From Patescibacteria group bacterium (lineage in GTDB: Bacteria; Patescibacteriota; Patescibacteriia; Patescibacteriales; UBA12465), in NCBI GenBank assembly GCA_050943055.1, contig JBMNOL010000002.1:2855-66854 (forward strand): 64,000 bases of DNA, read 5' to 3'. The position numbers and the translations under genes are program-made. Within the stretch, counting starts at the first letter, position 1. The number at the start of each line of letters is the position of its first letter. Under the pieces are notes generated by a model. That model did not search any database. It was not told the origin of the DNA and was given only the letters and a program-made list of their open reading frames with translations. Below are positions 19,716 through 29,724 of this stretch, in pieces.

Positions 19716-20996
19716 ATGTCTAAAAAATTAGAATTATTGGCTCCGGCCGGAAACTTATTAAAACTTCAAACTGGTCTAGCCTTTGGGGCTCAGGCAGTTT
19801 ATTTAGGAGTGCCGGATTTTTCCTTGCGGGCCCGCGCGAATAATTTTGATTTAAACAGTCTGGCGGCGGGGATAAATTATGCTCATGATAAGGGGGCGCT
19901 GGCCTATGTGACTTTAAATATCTTCGCCCACGAAGAGCATTTGGAGCGACTCCCGGAGTTTTTAAAAAAACTGCGTGCTCTTGGGCCCGATGCCTTGATT
20001 GTCGCTGATCCGGGTATTATTGCTTTGGTAAAAAAAGCCTGGCCGGAAGCGGTTATTCATTTATCAACTCAGGCCAATTGCACTAATAGTGCCGCCGCTA
20101 AGTTTTGGTTTGAAGCTGGAGTGAGTCGGGTGATTTTGGCACGGGAGGTTACTTTAGAAGGGATTAAGGCCATTTCTCAGGCCGTGCCGGGTTTAGAATT
20201 GGAATATTTTGTTCACGGGGCGATGTGTATGGCTTATTCCGGTCGCTGCTTTTTATCTAAAGAGTTAACCGGTCGTTCCGCTAATTTAGGCGATTGCGCT
20301 CAGCCTTGTCGCTGGCAATACCAATTAAAACCGGTCGGTCATGATCAAGAATTTGAAGTTATTCAAGAACCGGAAGGATCCTATTTTTTAAATTCTCAAG
20401 ATCTTTGCTTAATTGAATTTTTGCCGGAACTAATTGAGGCCGGCGTTACTTCCTTTAAAATTGAGGGGCGCGCTAAGAGCGTTTATTACGAAGCGGTGGT
20501 GACCGGTATTTATGCTCAGGCCTTAGCTTATTGTCAGGCTGATTTAGCGCCGGTCGAGCTGCAAGAAAAATTAAAGAATTTGAAAACTGAGTTAGTGGAA
20601 AAATTAACCCACCGCGGTTATACCAACGGATTTTTATTAGGCGAGAAAGCCGGGCAAACTTCAGATCGCACGCGTTTAGATTGTGATTGGGAGTTTTGCG
20701 GTCAAGCGCTCGCGTCGCGGCCGGAATATTTTAGACCGGAGTTAAAGCTTGGCCAAAGCGTTGCTTATTTTAAAGTTCATAACACTTGGTTGGTAACTGA
20801 CAAGGTTGAAATTATCTCTCCTTTTTATGAGGTTTTAAGACCAGAAATTACTATTTTCTATGATGCCTTTAGCGGGGAAGCCTTAACGGAAGTTCATGGC
20901 GGCGGTGGCAGCCGCGAAATCGCGGTTGTTTTAGACCAGGCGGTTCCCGAGCTGGCGGTGGTTCGGCGCCAGTTAAAACTGGTCGTTAAAGATTAA
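19716..20996 (+). CDS. Peptidase U32 family protein
   Basis: Matches the U32 signature ExFxxG[SA][LIVM]CxxxxGxCx[LIVM]S as EYFVHGAMCMAYSGRCFLS. Confidence 0.85.
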   Translation: MSKKLELLAPAGNLLKLQTGLAFGAQAVYLGVPDFSLRARANNFDLNSLAAGINYAHDKGALAYVTLNIFAHEEHLERLPEFLKKLRALGPDALIVADPGIIALVKKAWPEAVIHLSTQANCTNSAAAKFWFEAGVSRVILAREVTLEGIKAISQAVPGLELEYFVHGAMCMAYSGRCFLSKELTGRSANLGDCAQPCRWQYQLKPVGHDQEFEVIQEPEGSYFLNSQDLCLIEFLPELIEAGVTSFKIEGRAKSVYYEAVVTGIYAQALAYCQADLAPVELQEKLKNLKTELVEKLTHRGYTNGFLLGEKAGQTSDRTRLDCDWEFCGQALASRPEYFRPELKLGQSVAYFKVHNTWLVTDKVEIISPFYEVLRPEITIFYDAFSGEALTEVHGGGGSREIAVVLDQAVPELAVVRRQLKLVVKD

Positions 20997-21007
20997 TTAT
21001 TTTTTCT

Positions 21008-21583
21008 ATGATTGCTTATTTAGAGGGGCGAGTAATCGCGAAAACCGAAAGCTATTTTATTTTAGAAACCGGTGGTGTCGGCTATCAAGTTTTTGCCGGC
21101 GAAAGATTTTTAGCCACGATCAAAAACGGACAAAATCAAGTTGCTTATATTTATCATCAGGTTCGTGAAGAAGTGAATGATCTTTACGGGTTTGCCGATT
21201 TGGCCGATTTAGAATTATTTGGACTCCTTATTTCTGTTTCTGGTGTTGGTCCCAAGTCTGCTTTAGCGGTGTTGTCTTTAGCCTCCGCCGACGATGTCAA
21301 AATCGCGATTATTCATGGCGATGCTTCGCTTTTGACTAAGGTTTCCGGAATTGGTAAAAAAACGGCAGATCGTCTAATTTTAGAATTGAAGAATAAGATT
21401 TTAAAGCTAGCTCCGAGTAGCGACACTAGCCCTGATTTTACCGGTCTTAGTGACGAGCTGGACGCTTTGGTGAGCTTAGGTTATTCTGTAAATGATGCTC
21501 GTTTAGCCTTAAATCAAGTGGGTTCCGAGCAGACCAGTACGTCCGCCCGTCTCAAAGCGGCTTTGCGCTATTTATCTCACTAA
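21008..21583 (+). CDS. ruvA: Holliday junction branch-migration complex subunit RuvA
   Basis: 191 aa. It has an OB-like N-terminus (GVGYQV) and two helix-hairpin-helix motifs (VSGVGPKSALAVL and VSGIGKKTADRLILEL). Confidence 0.9.
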   Translation: MIAYLEGRVIAKTESYFILETGGVGYQVFAGERFLATIKNGQNQVAYIYHQVREEVNDLYGFADLADLELFGLLISVSGVGPKSALAVLSLASADDVKIAIIHGDASLLTKVSGIGKKTADRLILELKNKILKLAPSSDTSPDFTGLSDELDALVSLGYSVNDARLALNQVGSEQTSTSARLKAALRYLSH

Positions 21584-21630
21584 CTGTTCGGCGGCTAGCT
21601 TTTAATAATAAAATATTAAAATAAAGTTCT

Positions 21631-22677
21631 ATGTTGTTTGGAAAATTACGCGGCAAAATGAGCCATGATTTAGGCATTGATTTGGGGACAAAAAATACCC
21701 TTGTTTTTCTTAATGGAAAAGGGGTGGTTGTTAACGAACCTTCGGTCGTGGCCATTAATAAACGGACTAATGAAATTTTAGAAGTTGGCGAGGCGGCTAG
21801 CTTAATGGTGGGCAAAACACCGAGTCATATTGAGGCAGTTAAACCTTTAGTTGATGGAGTGATTTCTGATTTTGAAGTCACCGAAAAAATGCTTAAGTAT
21901 TTTATTTCTCGGGTTCACCAGCAGAACTTTGCTTTAGTGCCGCGACCACGAGTGGTAGTGGGTATCCCTTTGGACTTGACTGAGGTGGAGCGAAAAGCCG
22001 TTGAAGATGCCACGAAATCGGCTGGAGCGCGCAAAGTTTATTTAATTGAGGAGGCGATGGCGGCGGCAATTGGTGCCGGTTTGCCGGTAATAGATGCGAC
22101 GGCGACCATGGTGGTTGATATTGGTGGCGGCTCAACGGAAATTGCCGTTATCTCTTTAGGGGGTGTGGTGACTTGGAAATCTTTGCGTTTGGCAGGCAAT
22201 GAATTTGACCAAAACATTATTGAGTATATTCGCGAGGAGTTTAACATTTTAATTGGTGAGCAAGTGGCGGAGAACATTAAAGTGACGATTGGTTCCGCTA
22301 TCCCGCTTGATGAACCACAAGAAATTGAAGTCCGGGGACGAGATTTAATTACCGGATTGCCCCGAGCTATTATTATTAGCGATGCTCAGGTTCGGGAGGC
22401 TTTAAGCCGAACGCTTAACAAAATTATTGAGAGTATAAAAACTATTTTAGAAACGACGCCGCCAGAGCTCGTGGCGGATATTTACGAACGGGGAATTTTT
22501 CTTTCTGGGGGCGGCGCTTTGTTGCGCGGCGTGGATAGGGCAATTTCCTTAGCCTCTAAAATCCCGGTTAAGATTGTTAATGACCCTTTGACTTGCGTGG
22601 CTCGGGGGACGGGGATGCTTTTGAAAGACAAGGAACTCTTAGAAAAAGTCGTTTTGCCGAGCACCGACAGTAAATAA
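21631..22677 (+). CDS. mreB: Rod-shape-determining actin homologue MreB (copy 1)
   Basis: Actin-fold phosphate motifs GIDLGT and VVDIGGGSTE, and LSGGGALL. It is followed by mreC and mreD. Confidence 0.93.
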   Translation: MLFGKLRGKMSHDLGIDLGTKNTLVFLNGKGVVVNEPSVVAINKRTNEILEVGEAASLMVGKTPSHIEAVKPLVDGVISDFEVTEKMLKYFISRVHQQNFALVPRPRVVVGIPLDLTEVERKAVEDATKSAGARKVYLIEEAMAAAIGAGLPVIDATATMVVDIGGGSTEIAVISLGGVVTWKSLRLAGNEFDQNIIEYIREEFNILIGEQVAENIKVTIGSAIPLDEPQEIEVRGRDLITGLPRAIIISDAQVREALSRTLNKIIESIKTILETTPPELVADIYERGIFLSGGGALLRGVDRAISLASKIPVKIVNDPLTCVARGTGMLLKDKELLEKVVLPSTDSK

Positions 22678-22685
22678 TTAGGCCT

Positions 22686-23501
22686 ATGGCGCGGTCAAAA
22701 AATAAAGCTCGAATTTGGCGGTGGGCGGTGATCATTATTATTTTGATCGTCTTCCATTTTCTTGGCTGGCTGGCTCCTTTAGAGCAAGCCGCTGTTTGGG
22801 TCGCTAAACCGGTGGCTAATTTTTTTTATAACTCCAGTGCCAACCTTCGTCATTTTTATGAGCGCCGCGAGGAGTTTAATAATTTTTCTGATCGTGTTGA
22901 TATTTTAGAAGAGCAGGTTGTTAGACTTACCGTCGCGAATGCCGATTTAAAGGAATTGGAACAAGAAAATATTAAGTTGCGCGCTCAATTAGATTTCGCG
23001 GCGAGCACGGATGCCCCCAGTTTGTTGGCCAATGTTATTTCGCAAAATTTAGTTTTTGACATCAAACAGGATGATCAAGATATTGTTATTGACCGTGGCG
23101 CCAATGACGGGGTTACCGTCGGCGCCGGAGTTATTGATGAAAACGGAGTTATTATCGGCAAGGTCGCCGAAGTACGTCCGACTTTAGCGCGTGTTTGTTT
23201 AACGACTAGTCGCAATTGTCAGTTGCCGGCCACGATTCAAAATGATACGCGCACGATTGGCTTAACGGAAGGCGATAAGGGGTTGACGATTAAAATGACT
23301 TATATTCCTCAGTCAGAAACGATTGTCCCCGGCGATACCGTTATTACTTCCGGCTTGGGCGGAGAGATTCCTCGCGGCTTATTGATTGGCGAGGTTAGTC
23401 AAGTAAATAAGTTGAATAATGATATTTGGCAGAATGTTAACATTGAACCTTTATTCAATCGTAATTCTTTAACGATTGTTAATGTTCTCTTAGTGGTATG
23501 A
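22686..23501 (+). CDS. mreC: Rod-shape-determining protein MreC
   Basis: N-terminal TM segment, a coiled coil (LKELEQENIKLRAQL) and a beta-rich C-terminus. Position is downstream of mreB, and its stop overlaps the next start (ATGA). Confidence 0.85.
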   Translation: MARSKNKARIWRWAVIIIILIVFHFLGWLAPLEQAAVWVAKPVANFFYNSSANLRHFYERREEFNNFSDRVDILEEQVVRLTVANADLKELEQENIKLRAQLDFAASTDAPSLLANVISQNLVFDIKQDDQDIVIDRGANDGVTVGAGVIDENGVIIGKVAEVRPTLARVCLTTSRNCQLPATIQNDTRTIGLTEGDKGLTIKMTYIPQSETIVPGDTVITSGLGGEIPRGLLIGEVSQVNKLNNDIWQNVNIEPLFNRNSLTIVNVLLVV

Positions 23502-24040
23502 TTTTAAAAAAATCTTGGTTTAAATGGTTTTTTTGGGCTTTACTTTTTTCTCTAATTGCCATTTTTCAAGTGGCTTTTATTTCTCCCTTGCCGCTCTCCG
23601 TCTCGGCGCTGAGCCTGCCGCTGGCGGTCTTGATTTTTTGTTTGCTCTTTATGCCGCCGAGTGCTTTTTTACCCCTAGCGATAATTATGGGTTTTTGGTT
23701 GGATGTTTTAAATTTTGAATTTTTTGGTCTCCATTTAATCAGTTTGCCCCTCACCGTTTTTTTCTTGTATTTACTGCTTACCAATGTTGTGACGAACCGC
23801 TCGCTTTATTCTTTTTTACTCTTGGCGCTCAGCGGTCCGATTTTTTACAATTTTTTTCTCTATACTTTTCTGTTGTTAGTTCCGGGTGGTTTAGCGCCGG
23901 GCTTCTTTTTGGGAAACGCTTCTTTTTGGCGCTATCTCGGAATACAAATTATTTGGAATGTCGGTTTGATGCTCTTACTTTTTAACCTGGTTAGCGGCTT
24001 ATCAAAAAAATTACAGCCGGTTTTTTTAGAAAAAAAATAA
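23498..24040 (+). CDS. mreD: Rod-shape-determining protein MreD (polytopic membrane)
   Basis: 180-aa, highly hydrophobic protein with 5 TM segments. The call rests on its position after mreBC, as there is no diagnostic motif. Confidence 0.65.
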   Translation: MILKKSWFKWFFWALLFSLIAIFQVAFISPLPLSVSALSLPLAVLIFCLLFMPPSAFLPLAIIMGFWLDVLNFEFFGLHLISLPLTVFFLYLLLTNVVTNRSLYSFLLLALSGPIFYNFFLYTFLLLVPGGLAPGFFLGNASFWRYLGIQIIWNVGLMLLLFNLVSGLSKKLQPVFLEKK

Positions 24041-24072
24041 GCCTCTTTTTTCTTTGGGAAAAAAGAGGCTTT
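24041..24072 (+). terminator. Hairpin/terminator after mreD
   Basis: An 11-bp perfect stem, GCCTCTTTTTT (24041-24051) with AAAAAAGAGGC (24059-24069), followed by TTT. Confidence 0.6.
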
Positions 24073-24089
24073 ATGCTAAGATAGCAAAT

Positions 24090-25076
24090 ATGGCTTACGA
24101 TTTTATTACCATCGGTGGGGCGACTAAAGATTTATCTTTATTTACCGCCGAAGGCTTCTTAATTGATAACCCTTCTGATCCGCTCCGTCAGCAATTAGTT
24201 GCCTTTGAACAAGGTGCTAAAATTGGCGTCTCCCAAGTCTGGGAATCTTTTGGAGGCGGGGCCGCCAACACGGCGGTTAATTTGGCCACCTTAGGTTTTA
24301 AGGTTTCCGCTATTTGTGATTTAGGTCGCGATTCGGTCGGTCAGGAAATTATTCGCAATTTAAAAAAAAGAGGCGTTAATACTAGTTTAGTTGCGAGTTG
24401 GCCGCAAGAGGCTTCGGGGATGTCGCTCATTTTAATTGCCCCCAATGGCGAGCGGGTTATTTTTGCCGCGCGGGGCGCCAACCGGCGCTTGGATTTTAAT
24501 CCGGCTCGACGCCGGGCGCTTGGCCAGGCTAAAAATATTTATTTAAGTTCTTTATCGGGAGCCTGGAAACAAGATTTGCGAGAAATTTTTCGTTACGCCT
24601 CGGGAAGAATTTTTTGGAATCCCGGTGCTCAACAATTAAAAGCCGGCGTTAAATTTCTAAAACCTTTTTTAAAGAAAACCACCGTCTTGATTGTTAATCG
24701 CGATGAGGCCCTAGAAATTGTTTTAAGCGATCCGCGCTACGCCAGTCAAGATCTTAAGACTTTAAATAAAGCGGCTTTTTTATTGAAGACCTTGCGTTCT
24801 TACGGACCGGAAGCGGTATTGTTAACGGACGGCCGGGCCGGCTCTTATTGCGCCGCTGCTAATAAAACTCATCACCAAGCGATAGTGGGGCGGCAAAAAG
24901 CTGTGGATGCTACCGGCGTCGGCGATGTCTTTGGTTCTACCTGGGCGGCGGCCTGGCTGCTTTTTGAAGGGGATTTAAAACAAGCTTCTTTGCTGGCCAG
25001 TCGTCAAGCCGCCGGAAAAGTTGCTCAACATGGCGCCCAAAACGGACTCAAAACTTTAAAAGAATTAAGTAAATAA
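24090..25076 (+). CDS. PfkB-family carbohydrate kinase
   Basis: GGGAANTAVNLA and the PfkB signature DATGVGDVFGS. The start was moved to the ATG at 24090, because the track's TTG start lies inside the terminator hairpin. Confidence 0.8.
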   Translation: MAYDFITIGGATKDLSLFTAEGFLIDNPSDPLRQQLVAFEQGAKIGVSQVWESFGGGAANTAVNLATLGFKVSAICDLGRDSVGQEIIRNLKKRGVNTSLVASWPQEASGMSLILIAPNGERVIFAARGANRRLDFNPARRRALGQAKNIYLSSLSGAWKQDLREIFRYASGRIFWNPGAQQLKAGVKFLKPFLKKTTVLIVNRDEALEIVLSDPRYASQDLKTLNKAAFLLKTLRSYGPEAVLLTDGRAGSYCAAANKTHHQAIVGRQKAVDATGVGDVFGSTWAAAWLLFEGDLKQASLLASRQAAGKVAQHGAQNGLKTLKELSK

Positions 25077-25080
25077 TTTT

Positions 25081-25533
25081 ATGATTACTGGCGTGATTAT
25101 TAAAGAGTTAACCAAGAATGAAGATGACCGCGGTTATTTGGTGGAAGTTTATCGTCATGATGAGCTTGATTATCAAGTCGCGATGTCTTATTTAAGTTGG
25201 ACTAAGCCGGGCGTGGTTCGGGGGCCGCATGAGCATACCTACCAAAGTGATTATTTTATTTTCCCCGGACCGGGAACTTTTCGACTTTATCTTTGGGATC
25301 GTCGTCCTTTGTCGCCGACAGTTGGTGAAAAAATTACTTTAGATGTTGGGGTCGATAACCCGACGGTGGTGATTGTGCCGCCCGGAGTAGTTCATGGCTA
25401 TCAAGCGATCTCAGCTGAACCGGCTCTTTCTATTAATTTCCCCGATAAACTTTATCGCGGAATTTTAAAGAACGACGAGGTTGATGAAATTCGCTGGGAA
25501 AAGGACCCTAATAGTCCTTATCAAATCCCTTAA
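25081..25533 (+). CDS. RmlC-like cupin (dTDP-4-dehydrorhamnose 3,5-epimerase family, short form)
   Basis: 150 aa. It has DDRGYLVEVY, RGPHEH and PPGVVHGY, which correspond to the RmlC motifs DxRGxF, RGxHxQ and GxxHGF. Confidence 0.65.
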   Translation: MITGVIIKELTKNEDDRGYLVEVYRHDELDYQVAMSYLSWTKPGVVRGPHEHTYQSDYFIFPGPGTFRLYLWDRRPLSPTVGEKITLDVGVDNPTVVIVPPGVVHGYQAISAEPALSINFPDKLYRGILKNDEVDEIRWEKDPNSPYQIP

Positions 25534-25548
25534 ATTAAAAAATTGCTT

Positions 25549-25944
25549 ATGTGTATTTTTTGCCGCCTTGTTTCCGGTGATCTGCCGGCCGCTAAAATTT
25601 TAGAGACAGAAGAGGTATTAGTTTTTTTGAATAACGCTCCGGTTAACCCCGGTCATCTTTTAGTTATTCCTAAAAAACATGTGGCTACCTTAGAAGAGAT
25701 TGACGAGGCTACTTTAGCCGCCGTGATAATTAAGGTTAAAGAAGGCGGCGCCTTACTAAAAAATAAGCTGGGTTATAAGGGTTATAATGTTGTTTTAAAT
25801 AACGATCCTGTGGCTGGCCAAGAAATTCCGCATCTTCATTGGCATCTTATCCCGCGCCTTCCTAATGATACGCCGCTGCGCTTTCCGGAAAAAAAATATG
25901 GTCCGGGCGAAATGGCCGCGGTCGCTCTTAAATTAACTTCTTAA
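25549..25944 (+). CDS. HIT-family (histidine triad) nucleotide hydrolase/transferase
   Basis: N-terminal CIFC and the histidine triad HLHWHLIPR. The start was taken at the ATG at 25549. Confidence 0.85.
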   Translation: MCIFCRLVSGDLPAAKILETEEVLVFLNNAPVNPGHLLVIPKKHVATLEEIDEATLAAVIIKVKEGGALLKNKLGYKGYNVVLNNDPVAGQEIPHLHWHLIPRLPNDTPLRFPEKKYGPGEMAAVALKLTS

Positions 25945-25948
25945 AACC

Positions 25949-26914
25949 ATGAAAATTTTAGTGACCGGCGGGGCCGGGTTCATCGGCTCTAACTTTATTC
26001 ACTATTGGCTTCGTGAGCATCCAGACGACGAGATCGTTAATTTGGATGCGCTAACCTACGCCGCTAATTTAGAGAGCCTGGCCGATGTGGAAAATCATCC
26101 TCATTATCAATTTGTCAAAGGCGACATTACTGATGCTGCCCTGGTGGACGGCTTGGTGGCTGCTTGCGATTTGATTGTTCATTTTGCTGCCGAGAGCCAT
26201 GTTGATCGCTCCATCGCTGACAGCGCGGCGTTTATTAAAACCAATGTTGAAGGCACCCGCGTTCTTTTAGAGGCCGCGAGACGCCAGGGCTTAAAACGCT
26301 TTCACCATGTTTCGACCGATGAAGTTTTTGGCGCGCTAGATTTTGACTCACCGAAGTTTTCCGAAAAGACGCCTTACGATCCGCGCTCCCCTTATAGTGC
26401 CTCAAAAGCCGCCTCTGATCATTTAGTCCGTAGTTATTATCATACTTACGGTCTGCCGATTACCATTTCTAATTGTTCCAATAATTATGGCCCCTATCAA
26501 CATCCAGAGAAATTAATTCCTCATTTTGTGACCAATCTTTTAAAGGGGGAGCCGGTAACTGTTTATGGTGATGGTAAAAATATTCGGGATTGGATTTATG
26601 TGGATGATCATAATCGCGGCTTGGACTTAATTATTAATAAGGGAAGAATTGGTGAAACTTATTGTTTAGGTGGTAACAGTGAATGTGATAATCTTTCATT
26701 AACTAAAGATATTTTACGTTTAATGGGCCAGGGGGAAGACAAAATTGAATATGTGACCGATCGTTTGGGCCACGATTTTCGTTATGCGATTGATTTTTCC
26801 AAAGCGGCGACCGAACTGGGTTTTGCGCCGCAAGTTACTTTAGCGGAGGGTTTAGCGCAAACGATTAAATGGTATCAAAACCATCCTTCTTGGTGGCGCC
26901 GTTTACGTTCTTAA
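25949..26914 (+). CDS. rfbB: dTDP-glucose 4,6-dehydratase
   Basis: GGAGFIGSNF Rossmann motif, the catalytic YSASKAASDH (YxxxK), and typical RmlB length and C-terminus. Confidence 0.9.
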   Translation: MKILVTGGAGFIGSNFIHYWLREHPDDEIVNLDALTYAANLESLADVENHPHYQFVKGDITDAALVDGLVAACDLIVHFAAESHVDRSIADSAAFIKTNVEGTRVLLEAARRQGLKRFHHVSTDEVFGALDFDSPKFSEKTPYDPRSPYSASKAASDHLVRSYYHTYGLPITISNCSNNYGPYQHPEKLIPHFVTNLLKGEPVTVYGDGKNIRDWIYVDDHNRGLDLIINKGRIGETYCLGGNSECDNLSLTKDILRLMGQGEDKIEYVTDRLGHDFRYAIDFSKAATELGFAPQVTLAEGLAQTIKWYQNHPSWWRRLRS

Positions 26915-26924
26915 TTTTAATTTT

Positions 26925-27371
26925 ATGGGGAAAAAACTTTTTATCATTGAAGATGATGCCAACATTCTTTACAGCCTAGAGGCTAATTTTAGTGCTGATG
27001 GCTTAACTGTGGAAACTCATGAGGGGGAAGAGGAATTAGAAGAAATTATTGATGACATTAGTGATTTCCGTCCGGATTATTTAATCTTAGATGTGATTCT
27101 GCCTAATTTAGATGGTTTTGAAATTATCAAGCGCGTGAAGAATGATGCGGAATTAGCGGACTTGCCCATCTTTATTTTTTCCGATATTTCTGATGAAGAT
27201 AGTCGAGCTCGGAGTTTGGAGATTGGCGCTGATTATTTTTTCCCCAAAGAAGAGTTTGATACTTATGAGTTTGCCGAAAAAGTAAAGAAAATCATGGCCA
27301 ACTCGGAACGTTTAGGAGAAGATACCGACAGCAATTGGAATGATGGTGAAGAAGTGATGACAATTGACTAA
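26925..27371 (+). CDS. Stand-alone response-regulator receiver (CheY-like) protein
   Basis: 148 aa. It has the acidic pair EDD, the phospho-acceptor context LILDVILP, and a conserved S/T and K (FSD, FPK). There is no output domain, only an acidic tail. Confidence 0.8.
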   Translation: MGKKLFIIEDDANILYSLEANFSADGLTVETHEGEEELEEIIDDISDFRPDYLILDVILPNLDGFEIIKRVKNDAELADLPIFIFSDISDEDSRARSLEIGADYFFPKEEFDTYEFAEKVKKIMANSERLGEDTDSNWNDGEEVMTID

Positions 27372-27457
27372 TTATAGTTTTTCCGTTATAAATTAGGGGC
27401 CAAGCGTTAATCTTTTAAGGGCTTGGTTCAGGATTTTTTTACTGATATTAGAAAAAT

Positions 27458-28465
27458 ATGTTTATAAAACGCATTGGCATCGATCTTGGGACAACTTATA
27501 CTTTAGTTTATCTGCCGAAAAGAGGAATTGTGATTAACGAACCGTCAGTGGTGGCAATTTCTATCGATGACAATAAAATTTTAGCGGTTGGCAATGAAGC
27601 CAAAGATATGTTGGGACGCACTCCCGACACGATTCGAGCAATTCAGCCTTTAAAGGAAGGGGTTATTGCTGACTACCGCACTACGGAGGCGATGATTCGC
27701 TATTTTATTAATAAAACTATCGGCGGGATGCGTTTTTTCCGTCCGGAGGTAATGATTTCGGTGCCGGCTGGGATTTCTTCAACCGAGCGCCGAGCAGTAA
27801 TTGAAGCCGCGACTTCCGCGGGCGCTAAGGCTACCTACATTATTAAGGAGCCGGTGGCTGCCGCGATTGGGGCTGATATTCCGATTGGTTCAGCAACGGG
27901 CCATATGGTTATTGATATTGGCGGCGGCACGGCAGAAATGGCCGTTATTTCTTTAGGTGGTGTTGTTTCCTCCACTTCAGTCCGAGTGGGGGGTAATAAG
28001 TTTGATGAGGCGATCTTGGAGTTTGTCCGTAAAAAATATAATTTAGCCATTGGCGATCGAACAGCTGAAGAAATTAAAATTAACATCGGTTCGGCATTAT
28101 ATATGGAAGACAAGCTGTATATGGAAATTCGGGGTCGAGATATTGTTACCGGCTTACCACGCAGCATCACAGTATCTAGTGATGATGTTACCGAAGCGAT
28201 TCAGAATGAGTTAGAAGCCATTGTCGCGGCGGCCAAGAAAGTTTTAAATACGACGCCACCGGAATTAGCGGCTGATATTATGGATAAAGGGATTGTGTTG
28301 ACCGGCGGTAGCGCTTTGCTGCGCAACATGGATCAGCTAATTGCGCGCACGACCGGTGTGCCCGCTTATGTCGCTGATGACGCACTTTTGTGTGTCGTTA
28401 AAGGAACTGGAATTGCCTTAGATAACCTAGACTCCTATAAACGGAGCATTTTGGCGACTAAGTAA
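27458..28465 (+). CDS. mreB: MreB-like actin homologue (copy 2)
   Basis: GIDLGT, VIDIGGGTAE and LTGGSALL. By eye it is roughly half identical to copy 1, and no mreCD follows it. Confidence 0.9.
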   Translation: MFIKRIGIDLGTTYTLVYLPKRGIVINEPSVVAISIDDNKILAVGNEAKDMLGRTPDTIRAIQPLKEGVIADYRTTEAMIRYFINKTIGGMRFFRPEVMISVPAGISSTERRAVIEAATSAGAKATYIIKEPVAAAIGADIPIGSATGHMVIDIGGGTAEMAVISLGGVVSSTSVRVGGNKFDEAILEFVRKKYNLAIGDRTAEEIKINIGSALYMEDKLYMEIRGRDIVTGLPRSITVSSDDVTEAIQNELEAIVAAAKKVLNTTPPELAADIMDKGIVLTGGSALLRNMDQLIARTTGVPAYVADDALLCVVKGTGIALDNLDSYKRSILATK

Positions 28466-28489
28466 GTCGCCTTTTTATTTTTGTGCTTT

Positions 28490-29707
28490 ATGTTGATTGG
28501 TATTGACGCTTCACGCGCCAACAGACAAAAAAAGACGGGCACGGAGTGGTATTCCTTCTATTTGATAAAGGAACTTGCCCGCCTTGATCGCCATAATCGC
28601 TATCGTCTTTATTTGGATCAGGCTCCGATCGCAGAGTTAAAGGCGGTGATCGCTGAGGCGCCTAATTTTGAGTTTCGAATTTTGTCTTGGCCACTAACTT
28701 CGTTCTGGACTTTGGGGCGCCTGTCTTTGGAAATGCTGTTTCGTCGCCCTGATGTTTTGTTTGTTCCCGCTCATGGGATCCCCTTAATTCATCCGCGCCG
28801 AACTATTAACACTATTCATGATATTGCTTTTGCTCGTGAAGAGGCGGTCTATCGTCCGGAGGCGCCGAAAGCGCGCAGCGCCAAGCGCCGTAATTTTATT
28901 AAGTTTTTGATTAAAGTTTTTAGCGGTGGCCGTTATCAAGGTACAAGTTTGGATTATCTTTTTTGGTCCACGACTTTTTCTTTGCGCCACTCGGAAACAA
29001 TTATTACTGTTTCTGATTTTACTAAGCAAGAAATTTTAGAATGTTTCCCTTTTGCTGACCCGGGAAAAATTAAAGTCATTCATAACGGCTTTGCTTCGGA
29101 GTTATATGAACTCAGTAGCGGCCCGAGCTCTGAAGCCGATCGTTGCCTGGATCGTTACGGCATTACTCGTCCCTATTTTTTATATGTCGGCCGCTTGGAA
29201 AAAAAGAAGAATACGGTGGCCTTAGTTGAGGCCCTCGCCTTTTTAAGGGAAGAGTATCCGGAAATTAAAGAAAAATTAGTTTTAATTGGTAATGCTAGTT
29301 ACGGTTACGATGAAGTTAAATATGCCATTGAGGAATTTGATTTAGAGCGCGATGTGATTATGCCGGGCTGGGTTGAGGAAAACGAGTTGCCGCTAATTTT
29401 TCAACAGGCTACCGCCTTTATCTTTCCCACTAAACACGAAGGTTTTGGTATCCCGGTTTTACAAGCTTTGGCCTCAGGGGTGCCGACGGCCGTTTCCGAT
29501 ATCCCGGTTTTAAGGGAGGTCGCTGGCGAGGCGGTTCGTTATTTTAATCACCTTGATTATACCGAGATTGCCGAGGCGATGGCGGAGCTGGTTTTAAATA
29601 AAGAATTACGGGCGGAGCTAGAAGAACGTGGCTTCCGCCAAGCTAAAAAATTTAGTTGGTATCGCTGTGCGACCGAAACTTTAGCCCTTCTCGAAAATAA
29701 AAAATAG
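28490..29707 (+). CDS. Glycosyltransferase family 4 (GT-B)
   Basis: C-terminal EGFGIPVLQALASGVP motif (EX7E-type). The start was taken at the ATG at 28490. Confidence 0.85.
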   Translation: MLIGIDASRANRQKKTGTEWYSFYLIKELARLDRHNRYRLYLDQAPIAELKAVIAEAPNFEFRILSWPLTSFWTLGRLSLEMLFRRPDVLFVPAHGIPLIHPRRTINTIHDIAFAREEAVYRPEAPKARSAKRRNFIKFLIKVFSGGRYQGTSLDYLFWSTTFSLRHSETIITVSDFTKQEILECFPFADPGKIKVIHNGFASELYELSSGPSSEADRCLDRYGITRPYFLYVGRLEKKKNTVALVEALAFLREEYPEIKEKLVLIGNASYGYDEVKYAIEEFDLERDVIMPGWVEENELPLIFQQATAFIFPTKHEGFGIPVLQALASGVPTAVSDIPVLREVAGEAVRYFNHLDYTEIAEAMAELVLNKELRAELEERGFRQAKKFSWYRCATETLALLENKK

Positions 29708-29724
29708 TGTGGTATGATAAGTTT

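Noticed and set aside
24090-26914. A complete dTDP-rhamnose pathway.
   Set aside because: Only RmlB and a short RmlC-like cupin are present, with a PfkB kinase and a HIT protein. RmlA and RmlD are not in the window, so the pathway cannot be asserted.
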